From: Paraspadella gotoi
Lineage: Eukaryota > Animalia > Chaetognatha
DNA length: 64,000 nucleotides
Reading direction: 5' to 3'
Assembly: GCA_051294375.1 (NCBI GenBank)
Contig: CM119269.1
Coordinates: 17,780,265-17,844,264 of the forward strand
The position numbers and the translations under genes were made by a program. This document shows, in pieces, positions 34,588 through 64,000 of this stretch. Each line of letters begins with the position of its first letter. Position 1 is the stretch's first letter. The notes under the pieces are model-generated. The model had not been told where the DNA came from and ran no database searches. It saw nothing but the letters and a program-made list of their open reading frames with translations.

Positions 34588-35791
34588 TTAGACTATAAGT
34601 AAAAGTTTTTAACTTAGAATTGGTCTCCCTAATGAGCACGATTAGGAACTGATTCTAACTAAAAGCAGAGAGCGAAAAAAAAACCAAAAAAACGCTTTAC
34701 CAGAAAAAATCAGTATTCGTGAAAGTAACTGAAGCAAATAAACGGATTCAAAATCAAATAAAACTGCAGAGTTTTCTTACAGACAACAGACAACAACGTC
34801 GACGATAGAAATATTAAAGCGACAATCTCAAAATATCAACAGAAAAACATGGCTAACAACCAATTAACACATCAGCGTCAAGGTTAATGATTTTGACAAC
34901 GACTACGATGACGACGACACACAAGACAAGACATTGGAAGTTCTTTGGCTAAGCAGGGACTATTTTTATCCAGAACGAAAGCATTTGAGCGAACCCCCTA
35001 GAGAAAAGTTCATAAAATATTGTACGTACAAATTTTAAAAAAATAAGACTCGCGACCGGTAGAGCATACCGATTTATCTGACATTATCGAATTGTGGAAA
35101 GAAGCAAAAAGACATTAGGAATTTCGGTGGGAGTTAATTTTGATCGCATACTTTAGAGATAATATTAGTGATGGCGTATTTAAATGTGACGCCAGCGACA
35201 TCGATTGTCGCCACAAAAATACAGCTTTTCTTCGAAATTTTTCTTTTTATTTTTATCGATCGCTGTTGGTCGATCCAACTTTTTTCACTTTTTTACTTTT
35301 AATTCGATCGAATGAAGAAGTTTGTTTTCAGTTATGAATTATTTATCTTCAGTATATAAATGACACGGTATAAAAAGGCCTCAACCCGCGGTGGCAATTC
35401 GGGACAGTAAAAAAAAATAAAGGTGATATATTTCTGATATATCATTCCACGATATATCTTATAGTGTAATCATTAATCATTAATCATTTAAAGTCAGCTT
35501 CTGCGAATAATCATAATATTTTCCAACTTACGAGGTTGTCCCCGTAATGCCGCCCCCTGACGCCGCCCAATAGAGCGCCCCCCCCTGGGGAGGCCTTTTA
35601 TTCCGGCTTACGAGGTTTTTTTTTTTTTGCCTGGACAAAGGAACTCGCTCAGCAGAAAATAAAAAGAAAAAACGACAATTTTTTTTTATTTCCATTTTAT
35701 TTTGGTTATTTTATCCACTAATATGTACGCGACATACATGAATTCATCTAAAGTGGTGAATTACTTAATTTTATAAATTTACGAAACCACG

Positions 35792-37765
<1,974 letters not shown>

Positions 37766-37805
37766 AGAAAAAAAAATGGAAAAGGGAAGAAATGAAGAAA
37801 TGAAG

Positions 37806-37860
<55 letters not shown>

Positions 37861-40712
37861 CGAAAAGAAAGTAAGAAGAAAGAGAACCAGTGGCTGCGCC
37901 AATACATGTAAATCGCTTTCAAGGGCTTAAACTGAACTGCTAATGCGGAACTAATAATATTTTAGTACTTAAAAAAATATTTTATAAGTTAAAACAATAT
38001 TATTTTTGTTTTGATATATGATATATTATTAAAATGCATTTATCAAGACATAGAATAAAAATAAAATAACATAAAATAGAATTACAAAAATATTTATTAA
38101 AAAAAATAAAAACAATTTTTAAAAGATTTAAAATAATAAAATTTAAAAAAAAATAATTGCTAATTAATTAAAAAGCAGGTGCAAAGAAAAAATTTAATAA
38201 GTTTAGATAAAGTTTATTTTGAATGTTTTTTGTTTTATATAGCCCTCTGGTAGAATAGGGTTAAAAATAAATAAAATTTAGTTAAATTGTTTTATGTTTA
38301 AAAAAAAGATAAAAATTTTGGTAAGATGTACTTAAACTAAAATTGATTATTATTTTGTTTTAAAAAATATTTTTTGTCTGTAGAGCTATCTGGTTTATTA
38401 AGACTAAAACAAGCAAAAATTTGTTATTTTGTGTAAAAGAATGCAAGTGAAGATCTAGTAGGTACAGACAGAAGAGCAAATTTATATAGAAAATAAAGGG
38501 AAAATGCTCATAGTAAAAAAATTAAAAGACAAATCTTAATAGGAGAGAATAAAAAGTTAAGTAACAAAAAAAGAAAAAAAAATGTACAATTTTAGGAGGT
38601 AAGTAAATCGCTAATGATTTAGGAAAACGTTAATTTAAAATCGATGAAAAGGGATTACAGGGACTACACTGGAGGGTTTGACATGGAGAACACCCATCAC
38701 GTTGTCAAAGTCGTTTTTCTGCGAGTTGTGTCGCTATGTTTGTTATTTATTTCTACCCGTTATTATTCGAAATTGAATAAAACAGCGTTCACCAGATTAC
38801 TGTTTAGTTTTATTTAGTTAATAACTTTCTGTTTAAAAGAATATAGTGGTTTTTATAAAATTGAAACAGTTTATTTAAGGTTTCGCATACAATCGGTGTC
38901 TTTTAGACAACGAAATCTGAACTTCAATAATTACCATATTTCTTGATCTCATTGGTTAGTACGAAGCTTTCTTCATTTAAAAAAACGGTAGTCTCAAGTT
39001 ATCTCCTTCTTATCACTTAGAACTTCCCATGTAAATTTCTATGAGTTAAAAATACGGTAAGACATGATTTCTTCAATGCTTGTCAATCTAATCTCATTAA
39101 CTGCTTAATTTTAGAAAAAATTATGCTTGAATTTTTATGGTACAGATGATTTTTAAAGATCGAATTCCTTATAAGAATCCTCATGTCTTTTACTGACACA
39201 AAAGATTTTAGGTAAGACGCCACATTATCTGATACAATTTTTTTTCTTTCATACGCTTTTCCTGATAATTTTTCCTCACTTCTTTTCTTCTCTTACTTTA
39301 TATTTTCCTCTTCCTCTTTCCTCCCTTACTTCTCACGGCTGTCACTTACATTTTTTTGGCCCCTCTTTTTTCGGTCACTCATGCACTTTCCTCACCTTTT
39401 TCTCATTTTCATTCTTTCCCTTTTTTCCCCCTTTTTCTTTCCATTTTCCCCTCTTTTCTTACCTTACAATTGTTTCACTATTTTTCCCCATTGCCTTCGT
39501 TTTTTTGCCTTTTCACCCTCTCTTCATTCTCTCCCCTTCTCTTTTAGTTTTCCCTTTTCGTCTTCACTCTCACTACATTTACATTGAGCCAAATCAAGAA
39601 ATTCTTTAATAAGCATTATAAGAAAGAAAATGAATGGTAGCGCATGATTTTTCTTTCAATTTTGGTTGCCTAGCAAATTTAGTAAATCGACAGATTTTGC
39701 GGAAAATTTTTCCGCAAAAATCTGCGATTTTGAGAAAAAACAAGTCCTGATGCTTTCCAGTGATTAAAGGATGGCGGTTTTTTTGATAATCAAGGTCAGT
39801 ATGTACCTCATCTTTTAAAACTAATAAATGAGTTAAAATATTCTCTTTATCAAAAATAAATGCAAGTCACAAAAAGTCACAAATTAAAAGACGTCTTTAA
39901 AAATTATTTGTGGCTAAACCCGAAAGTTTTTTTGATAATTTATAGGTGTTTAAAAGCTTATTCCATAGGCTACATTTTCTGTTAATTTCAACCAATTTGA
40001 TTTATTTTGTTTAACAAATTATGATAAAGACTGAAACTCCAACTTTTTGACTTGTTAACATTTAAAATTAATTTATAGGCAAACTATAAATAATTAAGCT
40101 AATAAATTACCCAGAGATAAAGAAATAAGAAAAGAACGATTTCCAAAGTAAAAATTTTTCTCAACTTTCCTTGGCATTCAAATCAGAAAAATCGTAAGTT
40201 AAAATGGACAAAAATTGACATAATTTTTTTGGCTAAAATTTATGCCAAATCGTACTATTTTATCATTTAGAAATTGGTGAGAGATGTTTTTAACCAATCC
40301 TTCGTTCGTATCGCCGCCATCCTAATTTGTCGTTGTGGGTACAAGCTTAAATCAACATTGGTAAGTAACAACACTGAACAATAGTGGAAAGAGTCCGTTT
40401 TTTATCTACGCCCCTTGGTAATTGCAAACGGTACGCGGAACCTTAAACATTATATCACTTCATTCAAGCTTGCAGGGTCCTGTCATGTTATTAACTTGTA
40501 GAAGGGTTTAAAACCGTGACTTACCATAGTTTGTCCAAAGTCCAAATATTGACCATAAGCGAAACATGATTTTACCATAACGTTTCATGTAAGATCGAAG
40601 CTGAAGAAAAAAGCAGAAAAGAGACCAAAGAAAGTCACTTTTTACTTTCAGATTTTCGCTCGAAAAATTTTTTGATTTTTTGTGAATTCAAAAATGTTAA
40701 ATTTTTTGATTG

Positions 40713-40773
<61 letters not shown>

Positions 40774-42347
40774 TATTTCTCTCTGACTTTCTTAATTTGA
40801 CTCTGCAAAGACCTCAGCCGATAAACCGACTTCTCATTTCTTCGTCAACCCTAGTTTCTTACATTACCCCAAATCTCCTAATTCCATGAGCTTCTCACAT
40901 CAACAAGATCTCCATGGATTCTCACCTTGATGACCTTCGATCCTGCTGCTTGACCTCACCTCATGATCCCGTTTGCACTCTTCAACTTTCTAGACTTTTA
41001 ATTTTAATTATCTAGTATCTGTCGTACTAACGGTATATCGATACATCTCTTTTAATTTGATTGCTTAAGTTATTTATTTGACGTGTTCACTGTTCAATGA
41101 GTAAATGAATGGTTATTCGACCGAATTATTGAGTGACTTATAGAGCTCCGGCGCAAATAAAAACAATGTTTGATTGATCAAATTTTTGGATAAACAATTT
41201 ATTGTTGTCCTTTGGAGAACGTTTTAGATCACGTGGTTCATTTCTCTTATTATTATTGAACTGTTAATCAGAGAGAGAATTATCCTATTTCGATTAAAAT
41301 TATGTACAATAATATATATAATAGTATTCCCCGATCTGATACTTAAATACAGTTGATATATTCTTTGAAATATTATACCACTTCATTGATAGGGAAGCCA
41401 GGTACTCTGGTAGTAAAAGTCTATGCCTGCCTATGGACATGTAATTAACAAATTTAAAATCTTTTAATTATTTAACATAACAGTATAGGCAATTAATTTT
41501 CAAAATATTCTCTTTATTTTAAAAAACAGATTTGGATTCGCTGTAAAAAACTAAGAAACTTTTATAAAATATGTTAAATAGTATTTTAATGTTTAAACCG
41601 CAAAAAATGATTATAATTTTTTAACATATATAAGTTTTTACAACAGAAAAAAAATCACCTTTTTTCTCCATTTTAAATGCTGAAGACGACATAATTTTTG
41701 ATAACCTATTATATATTTTTGATTTAACTTTTTATGAAGAATATGAATATTTATTAAAAGTTAGAAAAAATTACTTTTAAAATTTACTACAAATATATTG
41801 TATTTTACTATTCTGTTCCCGAGAAAATACGAACAAAATATTTTTTGTACTAATTAATCATACATTCATACTATCTTACGTCTAAATATCCTTGTCTGAT
41901 CACTAAAATATTTTTTTTGTTCTTGAGAGCTCCACTCTAATGGAGGCTTTAAACCACAAAGGCCTGTCCAAAGTCAAGGGAACGATAGCTTATTTATTTA
42001 ATGAATGGATAATTTTTATATTGGTAGTACAAATCTTATAAAATTCAGATCCTTGTATTTTGATGCTAGTGCGGAGTACAATATAGTATTCCCCGATCTA
42101 ATACTTAAGAGAGTGGGATTTTTATACAATTGAAACATTCTTTGAGATACTATAGTATATATATTATATTATTAAATGAATGGATAATTTTTATATTGTT
42201 TGTTCCAATTTCATATACTTATTTATACTATATCATATTAATCCGAAATTCTGTTTTAAATATCCTTCATCTCGTCTGCTCTTCTCTTCTTTTAACGATA
42301 ACCAAGAGACGACCTCTGAATTGAGGACTCGATGATTTTTTACCCTC

Positions 42348-42447
<100 letters not shown>

Positions 42448-43711
42448 CCGCCCCACCCATTGGGCGTAAACTGCAAAGGATGTGATCTGACTGGGAATTA
42501 TTTATGAGCCAACGACGAATAATTCTTTCATGAATCGTTTTCGTAATTTCACAATTCAGTGAAGCAAATTAAAAACAGTTAGTAATTAGGATTCGACGAA
42601 TGATTTTTGTTGACACATTGCCCAATGGGATTGCTAAATAAAAAGGATTTGGATTGGTCAATGGACAGAAACGGGTTAAATTTCAGTTAGGATTTTCGTA
42701 TCAAGAGAACGCAGCATTGCACCCTGGCTTTATCCTGTCACTCAAATGTCATTTCTATGGTGTTATCAAGCTGAGCTTCGCGCCCAAGGTCGAAACTAAG
42801 TCCCTTATCTTAATTGGAAAGCCCCCCCCCAAAAAAAGGAATCGGTTTTTCACGCGTCTTAGGTTTTTGGATCAACGGACTTTTATGGAGCAATACATTA
42901 TTATCAAATATTAATGTTATCGATTTGAAAAGTAGACATATCTAATAAATTGGAAAAACTAGATTTGAAGTTATTTTTTACTCGACTCGAAGATCCGCAA
43001 ATTTAACGTTTGGCGACTCGCCCTGTTGCCAGCAGAGCCAAAGGGCGAGTTCCCTCTGATCTGATGGGTCATTGTCTGACAACGAATTTGTATGTTTGGG
43101 TTCATTTGCAGTCCGTGAGAAAGGTTTTTTCTTACTTTTTTTCGCATACCTAAAAAATAGTCATTGTGTATTTTCTGTCTTTTTGTTTTATTATGGGATT
43201 TAGCGAAAACGAAAGTTTTTATTGGCAATAACAACCATTTTTTTAAACATTAAGGACAAGATTCGAACGCTGGTGAAGACTCGAATTTATTTTTAATTTC
43301 GCTATCCCCCAGGGATGCTCTAACATTATTTACATTAAAGAAATCTTAGTTTTCACCTTGTTCCGCCCTATTATCTTTTTTCGTTCTGTTAATTTAAATA
43401 TTTATATTTTGTTGAATTGTAAACTGTACAATTTATGCGTTTATCTGTAATGCTGTATGCCCTTTTGAATGTACTGTTTCAACTAATTGTTGTAAACGAA
43501 TAAAACACATATATTATCCAACTATCTGCCACCCGAACATTTTATCATTTTTTTTCATCCATTCATGCAACTTTTAAAAAAATTAATCAAAATTCATAAT
43601 TCAAACCACTGCGATTAAATGAATTAAATAAAAACGATTAAATAAAAACGGCGTTTAATGGCGAAGGGCGCTTTGATCCTATTCAATTTTGATCCGAATC
43701 CATCGACCGTG

Positions 43712-44368
43712 TCAAAGTAAATTCTCTCCTCGAGACGTCATTCGAATTCGTGGCGTCGATCGCGAACTCGTGACGTTATCCCACGTCATCAAGTAGATTG
43801 TGACAGAGCGGTCGACATCGAGGCGCCAATCGTTCACGGCGATGGCGCGAACGACGACGACGACGACGACGATCAGGAGAACGAAAGCGACGACGGTAGA
43901 ACCGTAGGCGCAGAAACGAAGGAACTTTCTTCTTCGCCGTCGTTGCCATGGAGAAGGCGTCGTTAGTGGCGTTGGTGCTGGCAAAAGCGGCAACGTCGCC
44001 GCCGTCGGAGGAGGCGTCGATGGCGGAGGTTCTGGTGGTTCCACTGAGGTTGATGGCAAAGTGGAAATCGGTGTCGGCGTCGACGTCGATGCCGGCGTTG
44101 TTGAAGCTGTCAACAAAGGGTGCGGTGAAGCTAAAGTCTTTGACGGCTGCGGCTGAGGCGGCGATGAATCTGAGCTTGACGTCGAAGATGGCGTTCCGAG
44201 TAGGATCGATGAGTGGAATGCTTCTGACAATGTCAATGGAGGGCCTGAAAACAACGTTGTTCTTTTCTTTTTTGAGAGAGGGGTGCTGACTGGCGATTGT
44301 CGAGGAGATGGATTAGATTCTGTCAACGACATCTTTGGCGTCGTGACTGTTTCAGTTTCCTTATCCAT
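43712..44368 (-). CDS. Hypothetical single-pass membrane protein, Pro/Ser/Thr-rich N-terminus, 218 aa from first ATG
   Basis: Longest non-microsatellite ORF in the ORF track, with exon-like GC content. An RRRRRK cluster precedes a hydrophobic segment (TVVAFVLLIVVVVVVVRAIAV). No family recognised. Confidence 0.65.
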   Translation of the reverse strand: MDKETETVTTPKMSLTESNPSPRQSPVSTPLSKKKRTTLFSGPPLTLSEAFHSSILLGTPSSTSSSDSSPPQPQPSKTLASPHPLLTASTTPASTSTPTPISTLPSTSVEPPEPPPSTPPPTAATLPLLPAPTPLTTPSPWQRRRRRKFLRFCAYGSTVVAFVLLIVVVVVVVRAIAVNDWRLDVDRSVTIYLMTWDNVTSSRSTPRIRMTSRGENLL

Positions 44369-47300
44369 TGATGGTTGTTGAGGCGGAATAATCGGTGTCG
44401 TTGCCAGGGATAATTGCTTCGGTTTCACTGGGAGAGTTTAATCGGCTTCGATCGGGATTTTAATGGAAGAGTCAACGATTGTCAGTTGTGAAACGGCGGG
44501 TTTTTTCCGCTGCTACGTTATAACTAGTTATAACTGTTGACGGGGAGTGAACGAGCGTTTAGTGTTTTTTCGGTGTTAACAGCGATGATGGTCGTTGCTC
44601 TCATTTACAACATTGAGCTGTTTGGTGGCATTGACGTCAATAGGATATGGTTATTTCCTTAGAATTTGGAGGAAACTGGAGGAACCAAGAACCAAAATGA
44701 AAGAAAATGAAAATGCATGAAAAAGGGAAAAAAATGATAAAGAATGGAAGTAATGGAGAATGACAAAACGTAACAGAACCATAGTGATAACGAAAGAATA
44801 AAATATTAAAAACACTTATTAAATAAAGGAAGCATATTTGTCGGGAAATTAATGGGAGAAAAATTTAGTTGGATGAATTCTCAAATGAATCGTAGGTGAT
44901 TAATGTCTCTTTTCGCGCCTTCAGGGATGAGGAATAACACACACTCACACTCTGCTCCATGCATCTCCTCTTCTCTCCTCTCCTTCTTACGTCCTCTCTA
45001 TCACTCCTCTCCATCTCTCTCTCTCTGTCTCTCTCTCTCTCATTAACTTAGCAATTCGAGAAGCATTGTTATCTCGGTATTGAATATTCGTGCATAAAAC
45101 TCATGAGACGAAAATTAAAAAAAATAATGAGTTACCTCGGTATAGTTAGGTCAATTAAAAATTTGTTGACAGCGGAATTTGTCTAATTTAGATTGAGCTT
45201 TATAAATATTTATTAACAAACTCATAGCCAAATATGTTCTTAAAAAAGCGAGAGAAAATGTCAAAAGTTTACGTACGCTGAAAAATTAAAAGAAAAACCT
45301 CGTAAAACATTTCGTAAATAGAAATCTACATATAAAACTTAATACATTAAAAATCTTTTATTTTGAGAACGCCCTTTCGATCTTTCGTCAGAATTAGATT
45401 TTTATATGGTCGCGTGTTCAAAGGGTTAGTCATAGGTAAAAACCGTCGGGAACTGACTCGAGGCCGAACGTCTTTTATTTTGTCAACGAGATCGACCGAC
45501 CAGCGATTGCCCTTTAACCCTTTCAATTTCTTCTTCCCCCTCCCACTCAGCTTTCCACCGGGACTTCAATCTCAAACGGTTTTCGGATGATCGCTCGCGA
45601 GGTTTCCACCGAACTTGTCGGGAGAACTTTAATTTTTAACGGAAGTTGCACGGTCGGTTGCTCTTGGCTGCCATCGAGATGATTAAAGATCGGAGACTTA
45701 CGGTCCTTGACTTATGAAACGGCAGCGTTTCTTGTGTTTCTCTGTTTCCTTGCTTCTTTGTTTCTTTCGTTAAATATTTTCTTTGTTTCTTGTTTTTCCT
45801 TTTATCTCACCTCCTTCCTCCCATTTCTCCTTTTCTTCCCTCCTCTTGGTCATTGCGTTTGGCCTCACGACATCCGCCTCATTGAAGGCTAATCCTCGGG
45901 TCTCTGACCTTCTCAAAGGAAATGCTCTTAATGGACCCAAATATCGAATGACGGCGCGGCGGCACCAAGTCTTGTCCGGGTGCCCGGGTCAAAGACCTCT
46001 AACAAGGTTCGGGCCTCGCATCTGAGTTAAGCATCGGGATGCGTCCTCAGCATTGGTAAGTCCCTATTGCCTAACCATGTGAGCCTGAAAATCGCGTTTT
46101 AAAGAGTTGGTCCGATAGAGGATGTGAACTTGGAACTGTTACGTATTTGTGTAGGCGTGAGGAGCCACGAGTTCCCATCACTAATCGATAAATTCGCGAG
46201 TGACGCGTCAGGATTCGGACGTCCTTTTCTCTGGGAACAGACACGCCTACACGCCCTACACGCCCTACACGCCCTACAATGTGACGAAGGGAAATTGATT
46301 CGCTGTGACGGATTAATCTGACCGACAAATGGCGACGATAAACGAAACGAAAAAAAAAAGAGCATAATTCGTTCGTTCGTTTTGTTTTACGTATTAGATC
46401 TTTAGTTGCGCCGCGAGTACTCGTCATGTTATGTCATGTCATGTCTCGAGAAATACACGTGATAAGGCAGTCATTGCGGCGCAACACATTTGAATTACCG
46501 TTCTTGTTTTCTTTACATTTTTTTTATTTTGTAACCTATTTTCATTTTTTTTATCTCCCTGACATTGAAAATAAGAAGTACTCACTCAATTGCATACATA
46601 TTACATAGGTTCTCCGATAAAATTTTGTAGTCTATATCATTGATCATGTGATCACTGGTCACTAATCAGTGATGCCCAGTATAACGTTAATGCTAGAAAA
46701 CCGAAAGAAAAAAAACCGAAATAGAAGTGGACGCTGAGCCATCTTAAAAAAAAAAAAATAAGAGCGACAGACGGGAGATTCTTTCCTTTGAATCCCAACA
46801 ACGGTTGACGCCTCCATTTCTAAAAAAAAAAAGAATAAAAGAGAAAGAAATCGTTCGAGCGGAAATAGTTCATCCGCCGCCGCAATAAAAAGCCGCGAGA
46901 GCCGAAGAGGCGCGTCTGCTAATGACGCCGTCTCGGCAGCGGGAGCGTTAACGTAGGAAAATTGCAAAATTACTTGTTTCACTATCTTTTTTTTTTTTAT
47001 TTAGATTTAAAAATAACTATTATTTATGATCTTATTTATTTGTTATAATATTTTTGCGTTAAATGTTTAAATAAAATGTTATTTATCAATATTTGTGATG
47101 AGGACGTTAGTGTTGTCTTCTGGAAATATAGGGCGCATCTACTCAACACAAGGTTTGGTTATTATTATATATTATATATTATACATATATTACTGCCGCA
47201 ACGAAACAGAAATAATGGCCCATGTGTTTTCCCCGCCTTTCTTTTCAGCAATCGATCTTAAGTATAAATTATTCAGTAGGTAATTTTTTCATAACTTGTT

Positions 47301-48359
47301 TTTACAAACTTCACGCTCGTTACGTACTTTTACTTTTACTAATACTATTTTTACATTTTTCCTCATCTTTTGTTTTTATCCACTTATTTTCTTCAAAACA
47401 CGAGTGATTATTTCTTGGCTTGCATCGCCTCCTGTTCTTTTTTTTGTTTCTTCGTTCCCTTGACTTTGTTCATTTGTTTCATTGCTCCTTCCCGACGCGA
47501 CGTCAACCTTTCACATTCACAATTAATCATTCACGTCTCCTTCGGCTTCGAGCGAATGAGAAGTTCCCCTCACTAAAATCTAAATTTAAATCGGTAACTT
47601 TGGGGACCCTCGTCACAAAGAGTTAAGTCACTGATTCAATTTAATTAATATTTTAATAGCTACTTAAAAAGTCAATAACAAAGGCTTTACGTTTCATCAA
47701 CGTATTACAAATGAAATATTCTAAATAATAATAAAAGGACGATTTACTTGAAGAAGATACGAGATTAAAATGTAGTTAATAACAATACTTTGGACGTCGA
47801 TTGAAAAGAGAGAAAAACGAGGTTTTAGTTCTTGGCTTGAAATTCGAATGAGAGAAACTTCACAATGACGACTGAGGTTTCACAGTAGTTTTGGTGAACG
47901 TATCTTTGTGACTAAGGAGTAAGGTCCACAGTGGTTTATGCTCCTTTTTGTTTAGCGGTGCCAAGACTTAAGAACGTGACTCTACGCCTCTTCGTCGCTG
48001 TCGTCAGCTTCGTCGCCCTAAAAGTCATCACCATCGTTAACGTCGTCGTCGTCGTCGTCGTCATCGCCAAACTCATCACTCCGTTTGTTGCTGATTGTAA
48101 ATGACGCGAATAAATTTAGAGAACAAACTTGAAGTCTAAATAACTAAATTTTCTTTCAGCGGTTTGCTATTTACTTTTCAGCTGTTTTTTAAGATTCATA
48201 ATACGGATAAATTTTTTACCAAAATGGCAATTGCCGTTTGTTTTTTTTTTTTTCTTTCGGTACAGATCATATTGTAAATTCGACTCATAATTGTTTTCTT
48301 CAAAGTCCAGCTCTTTTTTCTGATCTTCTTCTAGTCCTCTTATTCCTTATGTCTCCTTC

Positions 48360-62444
<14,085 letters not shown>

Positions 62445-62593
62445 CTGAAACGGGAAAGCGTTAAATTGATCGATTGATTGATTTAAAGATTGATTGAATA
62501 ATTTTTTATTTTGTTTATTAGCTGTTAATTAATGAATGTTATTAAATAATGAAGGCGTTTTTCTGAAAAAGAGACCAAAAAAAGAAGAGAGAG

Positions 62594-62648
<55 letters not shown>

Positions 62649-63289
62649 GAGAGAGAGAGTGCACTTTAAGATTTCATTCTCCGTCCATAATACCGTCTAA
62701 CATCTTCCTTCTCCTTCTATCCCCATCTTATCAACTTGAATCCCCGTCTCTTTTATCGACTTAAATAACCATAAGAATTCGTTATTTATCTTCATCACCT
62801 TCGAACGAACGCGCGCATAATTTCATCGCTTAAAAATCGTCTTTAGGTCGAAAAAATCGCGAATCTTTCGGTTTATTTCCCCAAATTTCCGAAGTCAACA
62901 ACTTTTTTTCACTTTTAAATTTTGGATCTTTCACGACTTGACATTACTCAGCGGATCAGGTGATTTTCAGAGGTGAATCAGGGACTATGATAAATGATAA
63001 ATGTATCTAAAATAGACATTTCATTATTTGAAACAGTTACTGGCGTTTTATTATTCCACGACTAAAAGTCTTCGTCATCTGTTATAAATAATTTTCGTAT
63101 TAATCGAAGTTCCACCGGAGAAAAACTGTCAGCGAATATGAATATTCATATGTCACAGAAATATATAAACAAAAAATAACAATGAAATTGCAATCGTTTA
63201 TCGTAAAAATAATGTTTTTAGAAAAGAGCTTCGTATTTATCTAATAAATAATTGTTTGAATACATCGACTTTTTATTATGAAACATAAA

Positions 63290-63336
63290 TTTAGGACATG
63301 TTTCTGCTTTAATGTAAGCCTTCATCAGCCCAAATG
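63290..63336 (-). ncRNA. Minimal type I hammerhead ribozyme motif
   Basis: Minus strand tttggg-CTGATGA-aggcttacattaaagca-GAAAC-AT-GTC-ctaaa, with palindromic ACATGT stem III. Lies inside 26-bp inverted arms 63266-63291 / 63353-63378. Confidence 0.7.
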
Positions 63337-63537
63337 TTAATTAAACGTCCGTAATTTATGTTTCATAATAAAAAGTCGTTATATGTAACTTCTAAATACA
63401 CGTAAAAAATATCGGTTTTTTCTCGGAGGTTCTTGAGAAAGCTGACATCATCTACTCGACTCTCATCGACGCATCAACTCCACTGCTTCACTCGAATTTC
63501 GAATTCGGCGACCGACTCGGGGAGAAGAGAAGTCGTG

Positions 63538-63931
63538 ATGGAGGCGGAGAAATCGTGTGGAGGAGGAAAGGGGAAGAAGACAAAGAGGAAGACGACGAAA
63601 ACGAGGAAGAAGAAAGGAGGAGAAGAAGGAGGAGGAGGAGGAGGAGGTGAGAAAACGAAACGAAAAAGCGGCGCCGAAACCAGGAATCGCAACCGAAACA
63701 ACAACATCAACAGAAACAAAAACAAAACCGCGGAAAACGAAACGGACGACGCCGCCGCCGGAGGAGACAAAGGCGACGACGCCGGGGCGCCGCCGGCGTC
63801 GACGAGTCAGCCGACGTCGCCCGTCAAACTCCCGCGACTTTGGACGGGCGATTCGGCGTCGGACAAGAGGCCGACGTCGGGCAGGGCGCCGTCGGCTCAC
63901 GTGCCCTTCCGGGCCATCAGCGTCGGGGCCG
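63538..63931 (+). CDS. Probable first coding exon of an unidentified gene nested antisense in a CCDC40 intron
   Basis: ATG in GTCGTGATGG context, open frame MEAEKSCGGGKGKK...PVKLPRLWTGDS...VPFRAISVGA, followed by a G|GTGAGG donor at 63932. Exon-like GC content. Low-complexity sequence lowers confidence. Confidence 0.5.
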
Positions 63932-64000
63932 GTGAGGGGGGGGGAGCGTGGCTGGTCGCCGAATGGTGGGGAAAAGGGTTCGTTTATTGTTGGGATTTAA

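Noticed and set aside
40810-40990. Possible isolated terminal exon
   Set aside because: Short frame with no upstream partner exon or homology evident.
44400-44520. Stop-codon reassignment (all five called genes with a visible stop end in TGA; in-frame TAA upstream of the orphan ORF)
   Set aside because: No in-frame TAA/TAG occurs in roughly 1,600 codons of the spliced gene models. Five TGA stops is too small a sample.

Overview
AT-rich, intron-rich eukaryotic (probably animal) genomic DNA with GC-richer exons, many (GA)n/(ATC)n microsatellites and one 10-N gap; the organism cannot be identified from this window. Spliced genes assembled by hand from GT-AG junctions with consistent phase: a cytosolic 5'-nucleotidase III (10 exons, minus), an SLC1/EAAT-family transporter with a strongly altered substrate site (11 coding exons, minus), a 130-aa four-TM MARVEL-like protein (4 exons, plus), a single-exon Pro/Ser/Thr-rich membrane orphan (minus), the 3' 13 exons of CCDC40 (minus, 5' end outside the window), and a probable nested plus-strand first exon at the right edge. 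The most notable signal is non-coding. Several different tRNA-headed SINE-like retroelements each carry a circularly permuted (type-P5) twister-ribozyme fold directly behind the Pol III head. These folds show cross-family covariation and tiny palindromic P1 segments. One family occurs as 1.5-mer tandems of a ~420-nt unit, the architecture expected of a circular-RNA 'retrozyme'. A separate family of minimal hammerheads sits inside perfect inverted repeats (Penelope-like). All ribozyme calls are from manual motif and pairing inspection, not from a covariance-model search or a cleavage assay.
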